From Myxococcales bacterium (GTDB lineage Bacteria > Myxococcota > Myxococcia > Myxococcales > UBA5297): a stretch of 64,000 nucleotides of DNA. The stretch is from the NCBI GenBank assembly GCA_050942745.1, contig JBMNNX010000004.1, forward strand, positions 2,004 through 66,003, given 5' to 3'. Within the stretch, counting starts at the first letter, position 1, and each line of letters starts with the position of its first letter. The position numbers and the translations under genes are program-made. Below are positions 48,663 to 60,064 of the stretch, one piece after another. The notes below the pieces were generated by a model. It had not been told where the DNA came from and ran no database searches. It saw only the letters and a list, made by a program, of their open reading frames with translations.

Positions 48663-49189
48663 CGGGCGGGCTCGAAGCGAACGATGAACGAAGGCCGCCG
48701 CGGGGAGGCTCGCTCGAGGTCGGGAAGGCCCGCTTCGAAGACTGCTCGAGCTCGTCGCCGGTCGACTTCGCGCGTATGTAACGGCGCCAAAGCCCGGACG
48801 TTTGCCGCCAGGCCGCTGTTGCGAGGCCGCGTCTTGCGATTGGCTGCCGTCAAACCTGCGAGGCGAATCTTCACTTCGCTCGGCGTCCCGGGGGCCCGCT
48901 GGCCGCGTTGAGACTCGGTGCGCCCGCTACTCGCCCCCATCGCTTGAAGAAGCGCGAGCGAAGAGTCTTCGCACGCTCTCCGGGTACAGCGCGCGGCCAC
49001 GCCGTCGCCGCGCGCTCGTGCTGCTGCGAGCCGCGAGAAGCAAAAAGTGAGGCCCCAGAAATCTGGGCCGGCGCAAGGGCCCTGCTCTGCGCGCGCCGCG
49101 CCGCGGGCTCGTTCGTCGGGGGAGCCTTCGGTTTGCGGCAAAGGCGAGCGACCGAGAGGAGCGACTCTCGAGCAGCCCAGAAACGAGGT

Positions 49190-49220
49190 CGCCCGGCCAG
49201 CAGAAAGGACTGGCCGGGCG
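49190..49220 (-). terminator. Candidate hairpin terminator downstream of the esterase gene
   Basis: 11-bp perfect stem cgcccggccag / ctggccgggcg with a 9-nt loop, about 50 nt after the stop at 49272. On the minus strand it is followed by acctcgtttct, a weak T tract. Confidence 0.35.
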
Positions 49221-49271
49221 AGTCGGTTTCGGTGGCGAGAGCACGGAGGCGCTCGAGCCGATTCCTTGTTG

Positions 49272-50429
49272 CTACGGGCTCAGATCGCAGTAGCTCGGGA
49301 AGCTAGCGGGCAGTCCGTTCGCGTAGGGAGACGGCCTGACGCCGAACGGGTGGGCCTTGAAGAACTCCCAGACGCTGGCTCGGGCGTCGGTGGGGATCGA
49401 GTGCGAGCGGCCGTGGTTGCAGATGGCCGCGAAGTGGCCTCGCGAGCTCAGGTCCTGCCAATACCTCTCGCTCGCCTGCAGGAAGTTGATGAAGACTTGG
49501 TCGTTCGTGCCGCCGTGGAAGATGAGCGCCGCAAAGCGGTTGCTCGAGTCCTGCGTGGCGGGCGCGCTCAGGTTCAGCCCGCCCGAGTAGGTCGCCACGC
49601 TCGCGATGTAGCCGGAGCGTCGGTAGCTCATCTGCGTGGTCTGAAGGCCGCCAGCGCTCATGCCGAGGCTGTGGACCCGGCGGACGTCGATGCCGATGCG
49701 CTCCTTCGCGCAGGCGACCACTTCGTCGGCGAGCACGAGGTCGTCGAGCCGAGTCCGCGAGGTGACCAGGAACCAGGGGAACAGGCCCGCATCGGGGTCC
49801 GAATAGGGCGCGGCGACAATGCCGCCGAGCGCGGTGATCTGGTCGATGACGCCCTGGCCCAGACCACTCAGCGCCTCGGAGGGCGAGCTGCCGGTGCCGT
49901 GCCAGTAGAAGACGACCGGGCCGTCGAGGCTCGCCGCGGCCGAAGGGTTCATCCAGATGCGCACCTTGCGAGCAGGAATTCCGGCAGGCGAGAAGGTCAA
50001 GTCGCCCGTCGCGAAGTTCGGGCAAGCGCCGCTCGGGCGCGGAAGGAGCGTCGGGCTCGGACCAGACGGATCGTTCGTGCCCGGATCAGTCGTGCCTGGA
50101 TCGTCGGTGCCGGGATCGGTTGTCCCCGGATCAGTGGTGCCCGGATCGGTCGTGCCAGGGTCGGTACCAGGATCGGTGGTACCCGGATCCGTGGTGCCCG
50201 GTCTGCGCCAGTTCCATCGGTCGAATTGCTTGCACCACTTCCAGATGCAGAACCGCAGATCGTCCTTGGCGGAAGCGTGCTCGTCGTCGATGGCTGCCAT
50301 CTCTTCGTCAGAGGGGAGCTCGTTCTCGTCGGTCGGGCCGCATGCCGCTGTGATCAACGCGAACGAAACCAGCGCCGCGACAGGCAGCCAGCCCGCCGAG
50401 GCTCCAACACCCCGAACAGCTCTCTTCAT
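49272..50429 (-). CDS. Secreted alpha/beta-hydrolase (esterase/depolymerase-like), probable lipoprotein, with a PGTTD-repeat linker
   Basis: ORF 49272..50441 trimmed to MKRAV (50429; RBS aaggatggaggacaccATG). Signal ...FALITAAC. PGTTD x9 linker at about 50067-50201. Nucleophile elbow GMSAGG. Confidence 0.8.
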   Translation of the reverse strand: MKRAVRGVGASAGWLPVAALVSFALITAACGPTDENELPSDEEMAAIDDEHASAKDDLRFCIWKWCKQFDRWNWRRPGTTDPGTTDPGTDPGTTDPGTTDPGTTDPGTDDPGTTDPGTNDPSGPSPTLLPRPSGACPNFATGDLTFSPAGIPARKVRIWMNPSAAASLDGPVVFYWHGTGSSPSEALSGLGQGVIDQITALGGIVAAPYSDPDAGLFPWFLVTSRTRLDDLVLADEVVACAKERIGIDVRRVHSLGMSAGGLQTTQMSYRRSGYIASVATYSGGLNLSAPATQDSSNRFAALIFHGGTNDQVFINFLQASERYWQDLSSRGHFAAICNHGRSHSIPTDARASVWEFFKAHPFGVRPSPYANGLPASFPSYCDLSP

Positions 50430-50786
50430 GGTGTCCTCCATCCTTCAGCCTGCCCCAATTTGAGGTGTTCTCTTGTTTTCAGAGAGCATGTGGCTCGTCA
50501 ACAAGCACCCCGGCCTTTGCTTGCTTGGTTCTTGTGAGCGAATCAGAGTAAGGCGTCGACGCGGGCCATTCTCGGGAGGTCTCGGCCGGGGGCGCGCCTG
50601 GTCTTGGGCACGAGCTGCCGTCTCGACGGTGTGAGCTGCCGAGGCCGCTGCCGGGGTGCGTGATGATTTGCGACACCATGGCGGGCACCCTAGCCGAAAC
50701 TGCACCAGCCCCACGAAAAAGTGTGACGGGCGGCGAAAGGCGGGGAGCCCCGCGCAGTACTTCGCGATCCGGTTTCTCGCCGCGCG

Positions 50787-51623
50787 ATGCCCCTGGCCCA
50801 TAACGACGACTTCCTCGCAGTGAGCCTCCTGATCGCGAAGTACGGAGCGCCTGTCTTCAGGCGTGCGCCGACCCAGGCCGAGCGCCTGGATCCGAAGGTC
50901 TGCGTGGTGGACGTGGGCGATGAGCACTGCGCCGAGCGGATGTGCTTCGACCACCACCAGCTCCCGCGCGACCACGTTCCGACCTGCTCAATCAGCCTGG
51001 TGCTGAAGCACCTGGGGCTCTACGAGGACGCCCGGCTCCTGTGTGGCTGGCTCGAGGTCGCCGAGTGGCTCGACGTGCGCGGGCCGCAGAAGACGGCCGA
51101 ATGGCTCGGCGTCGCTCGCGCGGTCATCGACCGCCTCTCCTCTCCGGTCGAAGGCTCGTTGCTGCGCCGCTTCAGCGGCTGTTCGGAGCTGTTTCCGGGC
51201 GAACCGCTCTACGAGGTGATGCGCTTCGTCGGCGAGGACCTCATCGACCATCTGACGACCGGACGCGCGCGGATAGACCGCATCGCCGAGCGCGCCACGC
51301 TCTGGAGGCTGGAGGCGCGCGGCGAGGTCTTCGAGGCGCTCTTCGTGCCCAGGACCGAGCCTCTCCCTGCCGATCCCGCGGCGGACACCGAGCAGTACGT
51401 CCGCGTCGCGGGCTTGAGCGGACGCGTCGCGGCCATCGTCTACCCGGACCGCCGCTCGACCGGCTTCGGCATCGCCCGGTTCGATGACCACCCCAAGCTC
51501 GACTTCTGCCGCGTTGCGGCCGAGCCGGACGTCCTGTTTGCCCACAAGAGCGGGTTTCTCTGCAAGACCTCGGCGACGGCGCCGGAGAGGCTGCAGGCGC
51601 TGCTCTGCGCGGCGTGGGGCTGA
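50787..51623 (+). CDS. MYG1/UPF0160-like metal-dependent hydrolase (divergent)
   Basis: 278 aa. AHNDDFLAVSLL...VVDVGDEH...CFDHHQ resembles the MYG1 H..FH.DE / DVG / DHHQ pattern. No clear RBS. Confidence 0.5.
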   Translation: MPLAHNDDFLAVSLLIAKYGAPVFRRAPTQAERLDPKVCVVDVGDEHCAERMCFDHHQLPRDHVPTCSISLVLKHLGLYEDARLLCGWLEVAEWLDVRGPQKTAEWLGVARAVIDRLSSPVEGSLLRRFSGCSELFPGEPLYEVMRFVGEDLIDHLTTGRARIDRIAERATLWRLEARGEVFEALFVPRTEPLPADPAADTEQYVRVAGLSGRVAAIVYPDRRSTGFGIARFDDHPKLDFCRVAAEPDVLFAHKSGFLCKTSATAPERLQALLCAAWG

Positions 51624-51767
51624 GGCGAGCCGCCTCCCGCGGTTCGAATCCCTTGCCCCAGGCAAAGGCGCGGCGACTGCGGGCGCCCGAGGTCGCGGCG
51701 GCAGGATAGTCACACTCTCCGCGGTAGCTCGCCTGGGCTTGGCGCTCCTCCCCGCCGGCGCTGCGCT

Positions 51768-54700
51768 CTAGGTACCCGTCAGCCGCCTCTCGACCTGGCG
51801 CACCTCTTGGAGCTCGACGCTCAAGCCGCGGGCGCTCGCGAGCCTCTTCGCCTCGTCGAGCAGCTTTCGAGCCCGCTCTCGCTCGCTCTCCCAGAGCGCC
51901 TCGGCGAGGTAGGCCCTGCCGCAGACCGCCGCGTGGTGCGCGAGCGTCGTCTCGGCGAGCTCGATCGCCTGCTCGAGCGCGTGGATCGCGCGCCGGGTGT
52001 CGCGCAGCAGCCAGCGCGCCCGGCCGATGCCGCACAGCGCCGCGGCCTCGACCGGCCCGGCCGAAAAGTGCCGGCTCGTCTCGAGCACGGCCTCGAGCTG
52101 TTCGAGCGCCTTGGCGGGCATCGCCTGCGCGAGCGCTACCTCGGCGACGTGCAGCGCGGCCGAGGCCGCGTCCATCGGCTGGTGCAGGCCGGTGTAGAGC
52201 CGCTGCGCCTGCAGGTGCTTCTCGCGCGCGCCGTCGAGATCGCCCGCGGCGTAGAGCGCGCGCCCGAGGTAGGTGAGCGCGAGCGCCTGCTGCCCGCGGT
52301 GGCGCTGCTTCTCGGCGAGGTCGAAGGCCGACTCGGCCCAGGACACGGCCTCCCTGGTGCGCCCCAGCTCGGCGAGCACGCTCGAGAGCATGCCCTCGAT
52401 GAGCGGCGCGAGCTCCTCGGTCGCCATCATCCGCGCCGCCGACAGCTCGTCGAGCGCCTCGCGAAGCTGCCCGAGCGAGAAGCGGTGCTGGGCGCAGGTC
52501 ATCATCAGGCTCGCCCGCAGCGCCGGGGGCGCGTCTTCGGGGATCTCGGCGCGCGCCTGCTCGGTCAGCTCGGCGGCGAGCTCGGGGTTGCCCTCGCAGC
52601 TCGCGCAGCGCGCCGCGGCGATGTGCGCCCGAAGCCTGGCCAAGGGATCGCGCACCTTCTTCGCCAGCTTGACCGCGAGCTCCCGCGCCTCGGCCCAGGC
52701 CGCCAGCGCGCTCAGACACTCGACCTCGGCGACCCGGCACTCGGTCGCGTCCCCTCCCATCGCCTCGAGGTGGCGGGCGGCCGCGCGGTGGAGCCGCAGC
52801 GCGTCTGAGAAGGCTCCGCGCCGCTGGGCGAGGCGCGCGGCGGCCAGGCATGTGCTCGAGGCGTTGGGGTGGTCGTCGGCCGCGTCGTAGTGCAGCGCGG
52901 GCTCGGCGAGCCCGGTGCCGGCGCGCTGCGCGAGGACGGCGGCGACCCGCGCGTGCAGCGCCCGCCGCTGCTCGACCGGGAGGCCCGAGTAGATCACCTC
53001 GCGGTCGGAGACGCGGGCGAAGAGGTAGACGGGCTCGTCGCCGCCGGCGGCCATCAACAGGCCGACCCGCGCCAGGTGCTCGAGCGCGTCGGCGGTCGTC
53101 TCGCGGGCGACTCCGCAGAGCTCGCAGAGCCGGAAGGCGAGCTCGGCGCCCGACTCGTGGCCGAGCACGCTGAGCGCGCGCAGCACCTCGCGCATCGGCG
53201 CCGGGAGCTGGTCGATCTCGGCGAGCACGAGCGTCTCGAGGTCGGGCGGCAGGCTGCCCGCCGGATCGGAGGCGGCCTCGAAGGACAGGGAGGCCGTGCC
53301 GCCGACGATCTCGACGAGCCCGCGCGCCGACAGCCAGCGCGCCAGCCGCTGGATGAAGAGCGGGTTGCCGCCCGCGCGCGTCTCGACCGCGTCGGCGAGC
53401 AGCAGGCTAACCTCGCGCACCCCGAGGCCGCGCGCGAGCAGGGCGCGTCCCGCGTCAGAGGGCAGCGGGCGCAGCTCCAGCGTCCCGTCGCGCGGCAGGC
53501 GCGAGCGCGCCCGGAGGCGAGCGTCGTGCGCGTCGTGGCGACGACGAACAGGGCCGCGCGCTCGATGAGCTCGGGCAGCGAGCGGAACAGCTCGACCGAG
53601 GCGTCGTCGGCGTTGTGGGCGTCCTCGACGACCACCATCAGCGGCGCCTCGCGCGTCATCTGCCGGACCAGGTGCGCGGTGAAGAGCCGGGCCGCGCCGC
53701 GGTCGGCCGAGCTGGGATCGAGCACGTGCGTCGCCAGGCGCGCCAGGCTCTCGTCGTGAATCGACATACGTTCGAGCGCCCCGCGGACGGCGGCGAGCGA
53801 AGGTCTCGGCTCGAGCGGCAGGCCGAGCCAGGCCGCGGCGAGCGCGCGCATCGGCGCGTAGGGCTGGCTGCGGCGCTCGTAGTCGCAGCGGACGCCGAAT
53901 GCGACGCCGCCTTCGTCGATCCAGCGATCAATGGCAACCCCAACCAGCGCGCTCTTGCCTATCCCCGCCGGCCCCGCGACGGTGAGCATGCTCAGGCGGC
54001 CGGAGAGCGGGCGGCGCGAGGCATCGGCGAGCAGCGACAGCTCGCGGTCGCGGCCGAGCAGCGGCGGCCTGCCGATGCGGCGCACCAGGCGGCTCGCCGC
54101 GAAGCGGCGCGGCGCGGTCACGGCGATGGGGGTGATGGGCAGGCTCTTGCCCTTGAGCGGCAGCGGCGCCTTGGGGCGGCCGAGGAAGGAGTCGACCCGC
54201 GCCCAGCACGAGGGGCCGCAGAGCACCTCGCCCGGCTCGGCCGCGTGCGCGAGGCGCGCGGCGACGTTGACGGTGTCGCCGAGCACGGTCAGCTCGCGCT
54301 TGAGCACCGAGCCGAGCTCGCCCGAGAAGATGGGGCCGGCCTCGAGGCCGATGCGCGCCGGCGTGCCGGCGAGCTTGTCGCGCAGCTCGAGCGCGAAGGC
54401 GACCGCGCGCCGCTCGTCGTCGCCGCGGGTCGAGGGGATGCCAAAGGTGGCGAGGATGCGCGGGCCGCGGCGCGTCCCGTCGATCTTGTTGAGTAGCCCG
54501 CCGTGGCGCGCCGCGCACTCGCAGGCGAGCGCATAGTGCTCGCACAGCCGCTCGAGCGCGATGTCCCAGCCGTCGATCTCGGCGAACACCGCGCAGGCGT
54601 GCCGGCGCTCGGAGGGGACCGCGTCGGCCGAGAGGCTGCCGACGATGCGCTCCCAGAGCTCGGGGGCGACGAACCTTCGGAGCTGCGCGATGGCGTGCTC

Positions 54701-55361
54701 GACGCGCTCGTCGCTCAGGCCGCCGAGGACGTAGGCGATGGGCTGGCGCTTGGCGACCAGGCCGTTGCAGACCCGCTCGAGCAGGTTGGACCCGGCGCGG
54801 AACGGCCCGCGCGGCTTGCCGGGCGCGTCGACGAGGATGTTCGCGCGGCCCGACGTGGTCGGCGGAGAGCACCGCGCGCACCGCGGCGTCGCCAGCGAGG
54901 AAGCAGTCGAGCCGGCCGGTGGGCGCGCCTACGGTGATCAGGTGGAACGTCCCGCTGGCGACGCCGACGCGGATGGCGAGGTGGCGCAGGCTCGCCTCGG
55001 CCTTGGGCAGCTCGGCCATCACCTCCTGAGCCGCGAGCGCGGCGGCGCAGGCGCGGGCGAGGTGGTTGCGGCCCTCGAAGTAGACGAGCAGCGAGTCGCC
55101 CGCAAACTTCACGAGGAAGCCCTCGTAGGGAAAGATCGCGTCCTCGAGCAGGACCGAGAAGATGCGGTTGAGCAGCCGGGTCAGCTCGTCGGTGCCGTCG
55201 CGCCCGCGGGCGACGTAGGCCTCCGAGAGCGCGGTGAAGCCCGAGAGGTCGGCGGAGAGGACGGTGCCGCGGATGGCCCGGCGCCCTGGCCCGAGGGAGC
55301 CGCCGTTGACCGCGGTGAGCACCGCGTCGAACGGCACGTAGGTGATGAGTCGCGCGAGCAC
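51768..55361 (-). pseudogene. Tandem class III adenylate/guanylate cyclase - AAA ATPase - TPR signalling protein (~1190 aa) with two apparent frameshifts
   Basis: Three ORF pieces. 53928..55361 is cyclase 1 (RGTVLSADLSGFTALSE...VKFAGDSLLVYF). 53054..54589 is cyclase 2 plus a P-loop (AVFAEIDGWD...LGDTVNVAARL...VAGPAGIGKS). 51768..53420 holds GGNPLFI and TPR repeats. The breaks are a 1-nt insertion in a G/C run at 54849-54851 and a 1-nt deletion at about 53526-53527. Confidence 0.75.
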
Positions 55362-55795
55362 CGTGCGGCGGTCGCCGACGGCCTGTTCGGCGAGGTGTGC
55401 CGCCAGAGGAGCTTTCGGTAGAGCTCTTCGCGACTTGTTGGCTGGCAGGGGCGCCTCCGCGCTCTCCGAATTGCGTCGTCTGAGGGACGGCGAACACGAA
55501 CGTCAAGACGCTATCAGAATCGAGGCGGCCGGCGGGGGAGGGGCCGAGGTTGGCACAGAGGGGTCCGCCGGGCGCATGGACCGGTGCTTCGGTAGGTGCG
55601 ATCGCTTCTCCGAGGGGGTGCGGTCGATTAGTCGAGGGAGTGCGATTGCCTATATGGGTAGTCGCGGTCGGTTGGTCGAGTGGGCGGCGCCGGCGAGACT
55701 CCCGGAAAGCCTGTCGGCCCGAGGTTTCCAACAGCACCGGCTTTGGCACAGAGGGTGACGGCGGCGAACCCTTTCGGCCGGGACGGTCTGCCGCC

Positions 55796-57748
55796 TCAGC
55801 GGCGGAATTCGTCTACCGGCACCTTCGGAAACCGCACGCGGAAGACGGTGCCCTCGGACGCGGTCGATCGCACTTCGATGGCGCCCCCGTGCGCGCGCAG
55901 GATCTGCTGGACGATGTAGAGGCCAAGCCCCAGTCCGCTGCCCGGATGGTCGGCGCCGACCCGGTGAAAGGGATCGAAGAGCCGCGACAGCACGTCCGCG
56001 GGAATGGGCGTCCCCTGGTTCCTCACTTCGATAAGGGCTTGGTTCGCCTGGTTGTGCAGCACCAGCTCGACGGGCATCCCCTCGGCGCCGTGCTCGAGCG
56101 CGTTGCTCACGAGGTTCGACAGCACCTGGAAGAGCCGCTCCGGATCCCATTCGCCGCGCACGCCGACGGTCGGGCACGACAGCTCAATCTGGCCGGGGTG
56201 GAGCACGGCGAGCTCGTCGACGACGGCGCGGGCAATCTCGCAAAGGTTCGTCGGCCGCCGCGCGATAGGCAGGCCGCCTGGCATGCGCGCGCGCGTGAAG
56301 TCGTGGAGCTGCCCGATCATGCGCGCCATCCGGTCGGCGCTCGTGGAGATGCGCCGCGCGGCTGCCAGCGCGAAGGCTGGGAGCGTCTCGCCGCGCTGGA
56401 GCATCAGGTTGGCCGAGAGCGTGATGGCGCCCAGCGGGCTGCGCAGGTCGCGTCCGACGATGCCGGCGAGGCGCTCGCAGAGCTGCTCGCACCGCTTGCG
56501 TTCGGTGATGTCGGCGAGCAGCACCGCGACCCCGCCTTCCTGCGTCGGGCGGGCGCGCACTTCGGCCCAGAGGTCGGGGGCGAGGTTGTGCTCGAACCGG
56601 GCCTCGACCCGCTTGCGCAGGACCTCGTGCAGCCTCTGCCAGCACTCGGACCCCGGTCGGACGGACGACGGCAGCAGCTCCCAGAAGCTGTGGCCGATCG
56701 CCTGTTCGCCCGAAACGCGGGTGATGCGCTCCTGGGCGCGGTTGGCGAGGACCACGCGGAAGTCCTTGTCGAGCACGAAGCAGGGGTCGAGCTCATCGAA
56801 GGCCTCGACGGCTCGCCCGCGCTCGCGCCGCGCCGCGCGCAGCTCCTCGGACTGCGCCACCTGCTCGGTGACATCGAGGACGACAGCGCTCGCGCCGAGC
56901 AACTCGCCGCCGGGGCCGATCACCGGGGAGCAGTGGACCTGCCATTCACGCCGCTCGCGCGGGCGCGTGGGGACGGGCATTGAGACGCGGTGGTTGCGCA
57001 GCGACTCGCGGCTGCGGAGCACGTGCTCGAAGTCGCGGGCCATCCGGAAGCCGAGGTCGCCAGGCAGCACTTCGGCGATCTCCCTGCCGCCATGCTCGCG
57101 CGCGGAGACGCCGTCCATGCGCGCGAGCTCGTCGTTGACCTGCTCGAAGCGCAGCCTCTCGTCCAGTACGCCGACGCCCCCGGGCACTGCGTCGAGCACG
57201 GCGGCGAGTTGAGCGCGCGCGCGGTCTGCGGCGTCGCGCGCCTCCTTCGCCTGGCGGCGCAGCTCCTCGACGGTTGCCTGGGGCACCTCGCGGCCGACGA
57301 GAGGTCGTCGCTCCGCCTCGCGCTCGACCGAGGGCCCGAGGTAGTCGGCGGCGACCTGATCGAGCGCCCGGCCGAGCGCCTGGGCCTCGGGAATCGGGAT
57401 GGCCGGCTGCACCTCGCGGCCCCACACGATCAGCACGGCCTCTCGGATGGTCGAGAGGAGCGCCCATGCTCGGCCGGCGTCGAGCGCGCCATCGAGTGCT
57501 CGAGCCCCCGGTTCGACAGTCGGGCGGGCGAGCGGGCCAGGCGCCGACTCTCGCTCGGCCGCGACGGTTGAGGAGATCCGCTCGAGCAGCCTGCGCGTGG
57601 ACTCGAGCACCTCGCGGCGGCTCAGGCCCGCGGTCGCCGGGTGCCGGCGGACGAGACGCGCGGCCTCGCTAGCGATTTGCGTGGCTCGCAGTCGCAGGAG
57701 CTCGTCGAGATTGACGGGCTCCCCGACGGATGCGGTCGGCCCCGGCAT
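55796..57748 (-). CDS. PAS-domain sensor histidine kinase
   Basis: 650 aa. Two PAS-like regions. H-box region IVGRDLRSPLGAITLSANLM. HATPase motifs LSNLVSNALEHG, NQGTPI, GSGLGLGLYIVQQI. Confidence 0.9.
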   Translation of the reverse strand: MPGPTASVGEPVNLDELLRLRATQIASEAARLVRRHPATAGLSRREVLESTRRLLERISSTVAAERESAPGPLARPTVEPGARALDGALDAGRAWALLSTIREAVLIVWGREVQPAIPIPEAQALGRALDQVAADYLGPSVEREAERRPLVGREVPQATVEELRRQAKEARDAADRARAQLAAVLDAVPGGVGVLDERLRFEQVNDELARMDGVSAREHGGREIAEVLPGDLGFRMARDFEHVLRSRESLRNHRVSMPVPTRPRERREWQVHCSPVIGPGGELLGASAVVLDVTEQVAQSEELRAARRERGRAVEAFDELDPCFVLDKDFRVVLANRAQERITRVSGEQAIGHSFWELLPSSVRPGSECWQRLHEVLRKRVEARFEHNLAPDLWAEVRARPTQEGGVAVLLADITERKRCEQLCERLAGIVGRDLRSPLGAITLSANLMLQRGETLPAFALAAARRISTSADRMARMIGQLHDFTRARMPGGLPIARRPTNLCEIARAVVDELAVLHPGQIELSCPTVGVRGEWDPERLFQVLSNLVSNALEHGAEGMPVELVLHNQANQALIEVRNQGTPIPADVLSRLFDPFHRVGADHPGSGLGLGLYIVQQILRAHGGAIEVRSTASEGTVFRVRFPKVPVDEFRR

Positions 57749-58107
57749 GTCACAAAGGTAGGGGTCCGATGGATGTGCGCGAAGGCTTGCTCGCGCCCGG
57801 CCCGCGGTGCGGAGAGCCGCTCATCGGCCTGAACGCGCGGGCGGGGAAGGGGCGGCGAAGGCCGTTCTGCGGTCGGTCGGAGGGACGGCTCTACGAACGA
57901 GCCGCCGTCGGCAGCGACGCACGCAGCGCGGGCGGACGCGCGCGCCGCAGTGAGCCGGAAGGGCTCGCGATCAGCAGGGTCCAAGCTTCAGCCCGCCGGC
58001 GCCTTTTGCGGGCGGGCATCTTCTTGCCTGATCGCGCGCCTGCGGTATGGACTGTCAGTGGCGCAACAACGGGTTCAAACAGCCAAGAAGCGCGCCGGAG
58101 ACAGTGG

Positions 58108-59406
58108 ATGACCGAGTACGAGCCCTTCCTCTCGATAGGCCTGGCCTTGTCCGCGGGCTTGCTCATCGGCCTCGAGCGCGAGCAGTCCGCGCCGCCGGAG
58201 GTGAAGTCCGACGGCAGCTTCCTCGGCGGGGCGCGCACCTTTCCGATCTTCGCGCTCGTCGGCGCCTGCACGATGCTGCTCGCGCGGCAGGTCGGGCTCG
58301 CGGTGGTCGCCTTCGGGTTCCTGGCGACGCTCGCCTTCCTCATCATCTCCTACGCCCACGACGTGCGAAGCGGCGGCGACCGCGGGCTCACCTCCGAGGC
58401 CTCGCTGCTGCTCTGCTTCCTGCTCGGAGCGCTCGCGCTCACCGAGGGCGTCATTGAGCCGCTGCAACGGAAGGTCTTCGTCGTCGCCTCGGTCGCGGTC
58501 GTCTCGACCCTGCTGCTGTCGATAAAGCCCTCGCTGCACGCCTTCGTGCGCAAGGCCTCGAAGGAAGACGTCTACGCGACGCTCAAGTTCCTGGTGGTCG
58601 CGGTGGTCATCCTGCCGCTGCTGCCCGACCAGAGCGCCGGCCCGCTCGATGTGCTCAACCCCTACAAGCTCGGGCTGATGGTGGTCCTCATCGCCGGCAT
58701 CAGCTTTGTGGGCTACGTTGCCATCCGCGTGCTCGGGCCCGAGCGCGGGATCGGGCTGACCGGGTTCGTCGGCGGCATCGTCTCGTCTACCGCGGTGACG
58801 CTCTCGTTCTCGGCGCGCGCCAAGCAGGAGCCGCGGCTGGCCGCCTCGTGCGCGCTGGCGGTGGTGCTCGCCTCCTCGATCATGTTCGGGCGCATCGTGC
58901 TCGAGGTCGCGGTGGTCAACCCGTCGCTGGTCGCGCCGCTCGCGGTGCCGATGGTCACGATGATGGCCGCCGGAGTAGTGGCGAGCATCCTCTTCTATCG
59001 GCGCGCCAGGAGCCTGGGTAAGACCGCGGCCAACCTCCAGTTCTCCAATCCGTTCGAGCTCTCCTCGGCGCTCAAGTTCGCGCTGCTCGTCTCGGCGGTG
59101 CTGCTGATCTCCAAGGCGGCGACGACCTACCTGGGCACCGGGGCCACCTACCTCGCCGGTCTGCTCGCCGGCGCCGCGGACGGCGACGCCATCGCGCTGT
59201 CGATGGCCGACCTGGCCAGGCAGGGGCAGATAGGGACCGAGGTAGCGGTGACTACCATCCTGCTCGGCGCGGCGTCGAACACCGCGGCCAAGGCCGTGCT
59301 CGCGGCGGTCGTCGGCGGCTGGGGCTTCGCCAAGCGGATTGCGCTCGCCTTCACCGGGATCCTGGCGACGGGCGGGGTCGGGCTCGCTTTCGTCTGGATC
59401 GTGTAG
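58108..59406 (+). CDS. MgtC/SapB-family membrane protein with a DUF4010-type C-terminal domain
   Basis: In frame in ORF 57730..59406. MTEYEPFLSIGLALSAGLLIGLEREQS... Polytopic membrane protein. RBS ggagacagtggATG. Confidence 0.8.
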   Translation: MTEYEPFLSIGLALSAGLLIGLEREQSAPPEVKSDGSFLGGARTFPIFALVGACTMLLARQVGLAVVAFGFLATLAFLIISYAHDVRSGGDRGLTSEASLLLCFLLGALALTEGVIEPLQRKVFVVASVAVVSTLLLSIKPSLHAFVRKASKEDVYATLKFLVVAVVILPLLPDQSAGPLDVLNPYKLGLMVVLIAGISFVGYVAIRVLGPERGIGLTGFVGGIVSSTAVTLSFSARAKQEPRLAASCALAVVLASSIMFGRIVLEVAVVNPSLVAPLAVPMVTMMAAGVVASILFYRRARSLGKTAANLQFSNPFELSSALKFALLVSAVLLISKAATTYLGTGATYLAGLLAGAADGDAIALSMADLARQGQIGTEVAVTTILLGAASNTAAKAVLAAVVGGWGFAKRIALAFTGILATGGVGLAFVWIV

Positions 59407-59488
59407 CGAGGGTCCGCGTCAGGCGGACGAAGGCGGGAGGCGAGGGCCTCGCTTCGCTCCTTCCAATTGTCGCGCGAGGGCCATCTCG

Positions 59489-60031
59489 TCAGCTTGCCTT
59501 CCCGTCGAACACGCTCTCGAGGCTTGGCGCATCGATTCCCCGGTCGAACCAACTGTCGAGCTGGTCCGTGTCGGCCGACTCGACACGGAGGCGAGCGTCC
59601 TCTGGCAGGCCGCCAAAGCGGCGCTCGAGTAGGCGCAATAGGGTCTCGCGCTTGGTCGTGATTGCGGCCTCCGCCATCAACTCTTCGGCAGCCTTTGAGA
59701 GCACCACGTCCTCCTTCCCGGGAACAATCCGTCCCAGCGCGCCCCTGAGGGCTTGCTTGTCCACGGTCTCGTGCGACTTGAGGATATGGCTCACGGCGAA
59801 CTGCAGAAAATCCGGCCTGTCGGCGAAGCCCTCGAGCAGCCAGGCGAGCACTTCGACGCAGTCGCCCTTGGGGAGCACGAACGCGTGCTTGAGCAGTCGC
59901 AAGCCCGCCCGGAGGTGCGGCCCGTCTGATAGCGCGTCGTCCGGTTCTCTGCCGAGATCGATCACCTGGAATGGGAAGTCGAGCAGGTGAGGCTTCTGCT
60001 CAGGCGTGGCCTCGACTTGGTCGCAGACCAC
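59489..60031 (-). pseudogene. Truncated Rpn/YhgA-like (PD-(D/E)XK transposase-like) protein retaining only the C-terminal half with a DUF4351-like tail
   Basis: 180 aa. The tail TLLRLLERRFGGLPEDARLRVESADTDQLDSWFDRGIDAPSLESVF matches the DUF4351 pattern. The N-terminal nuclease half is absent, and the ORF begins 34 nt after the upstream stop. Confidence 0.5.
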
Positions 60032-60064
60032 GGCCGACAGAAGCCGCCGCGCCCCCGCCCAACC

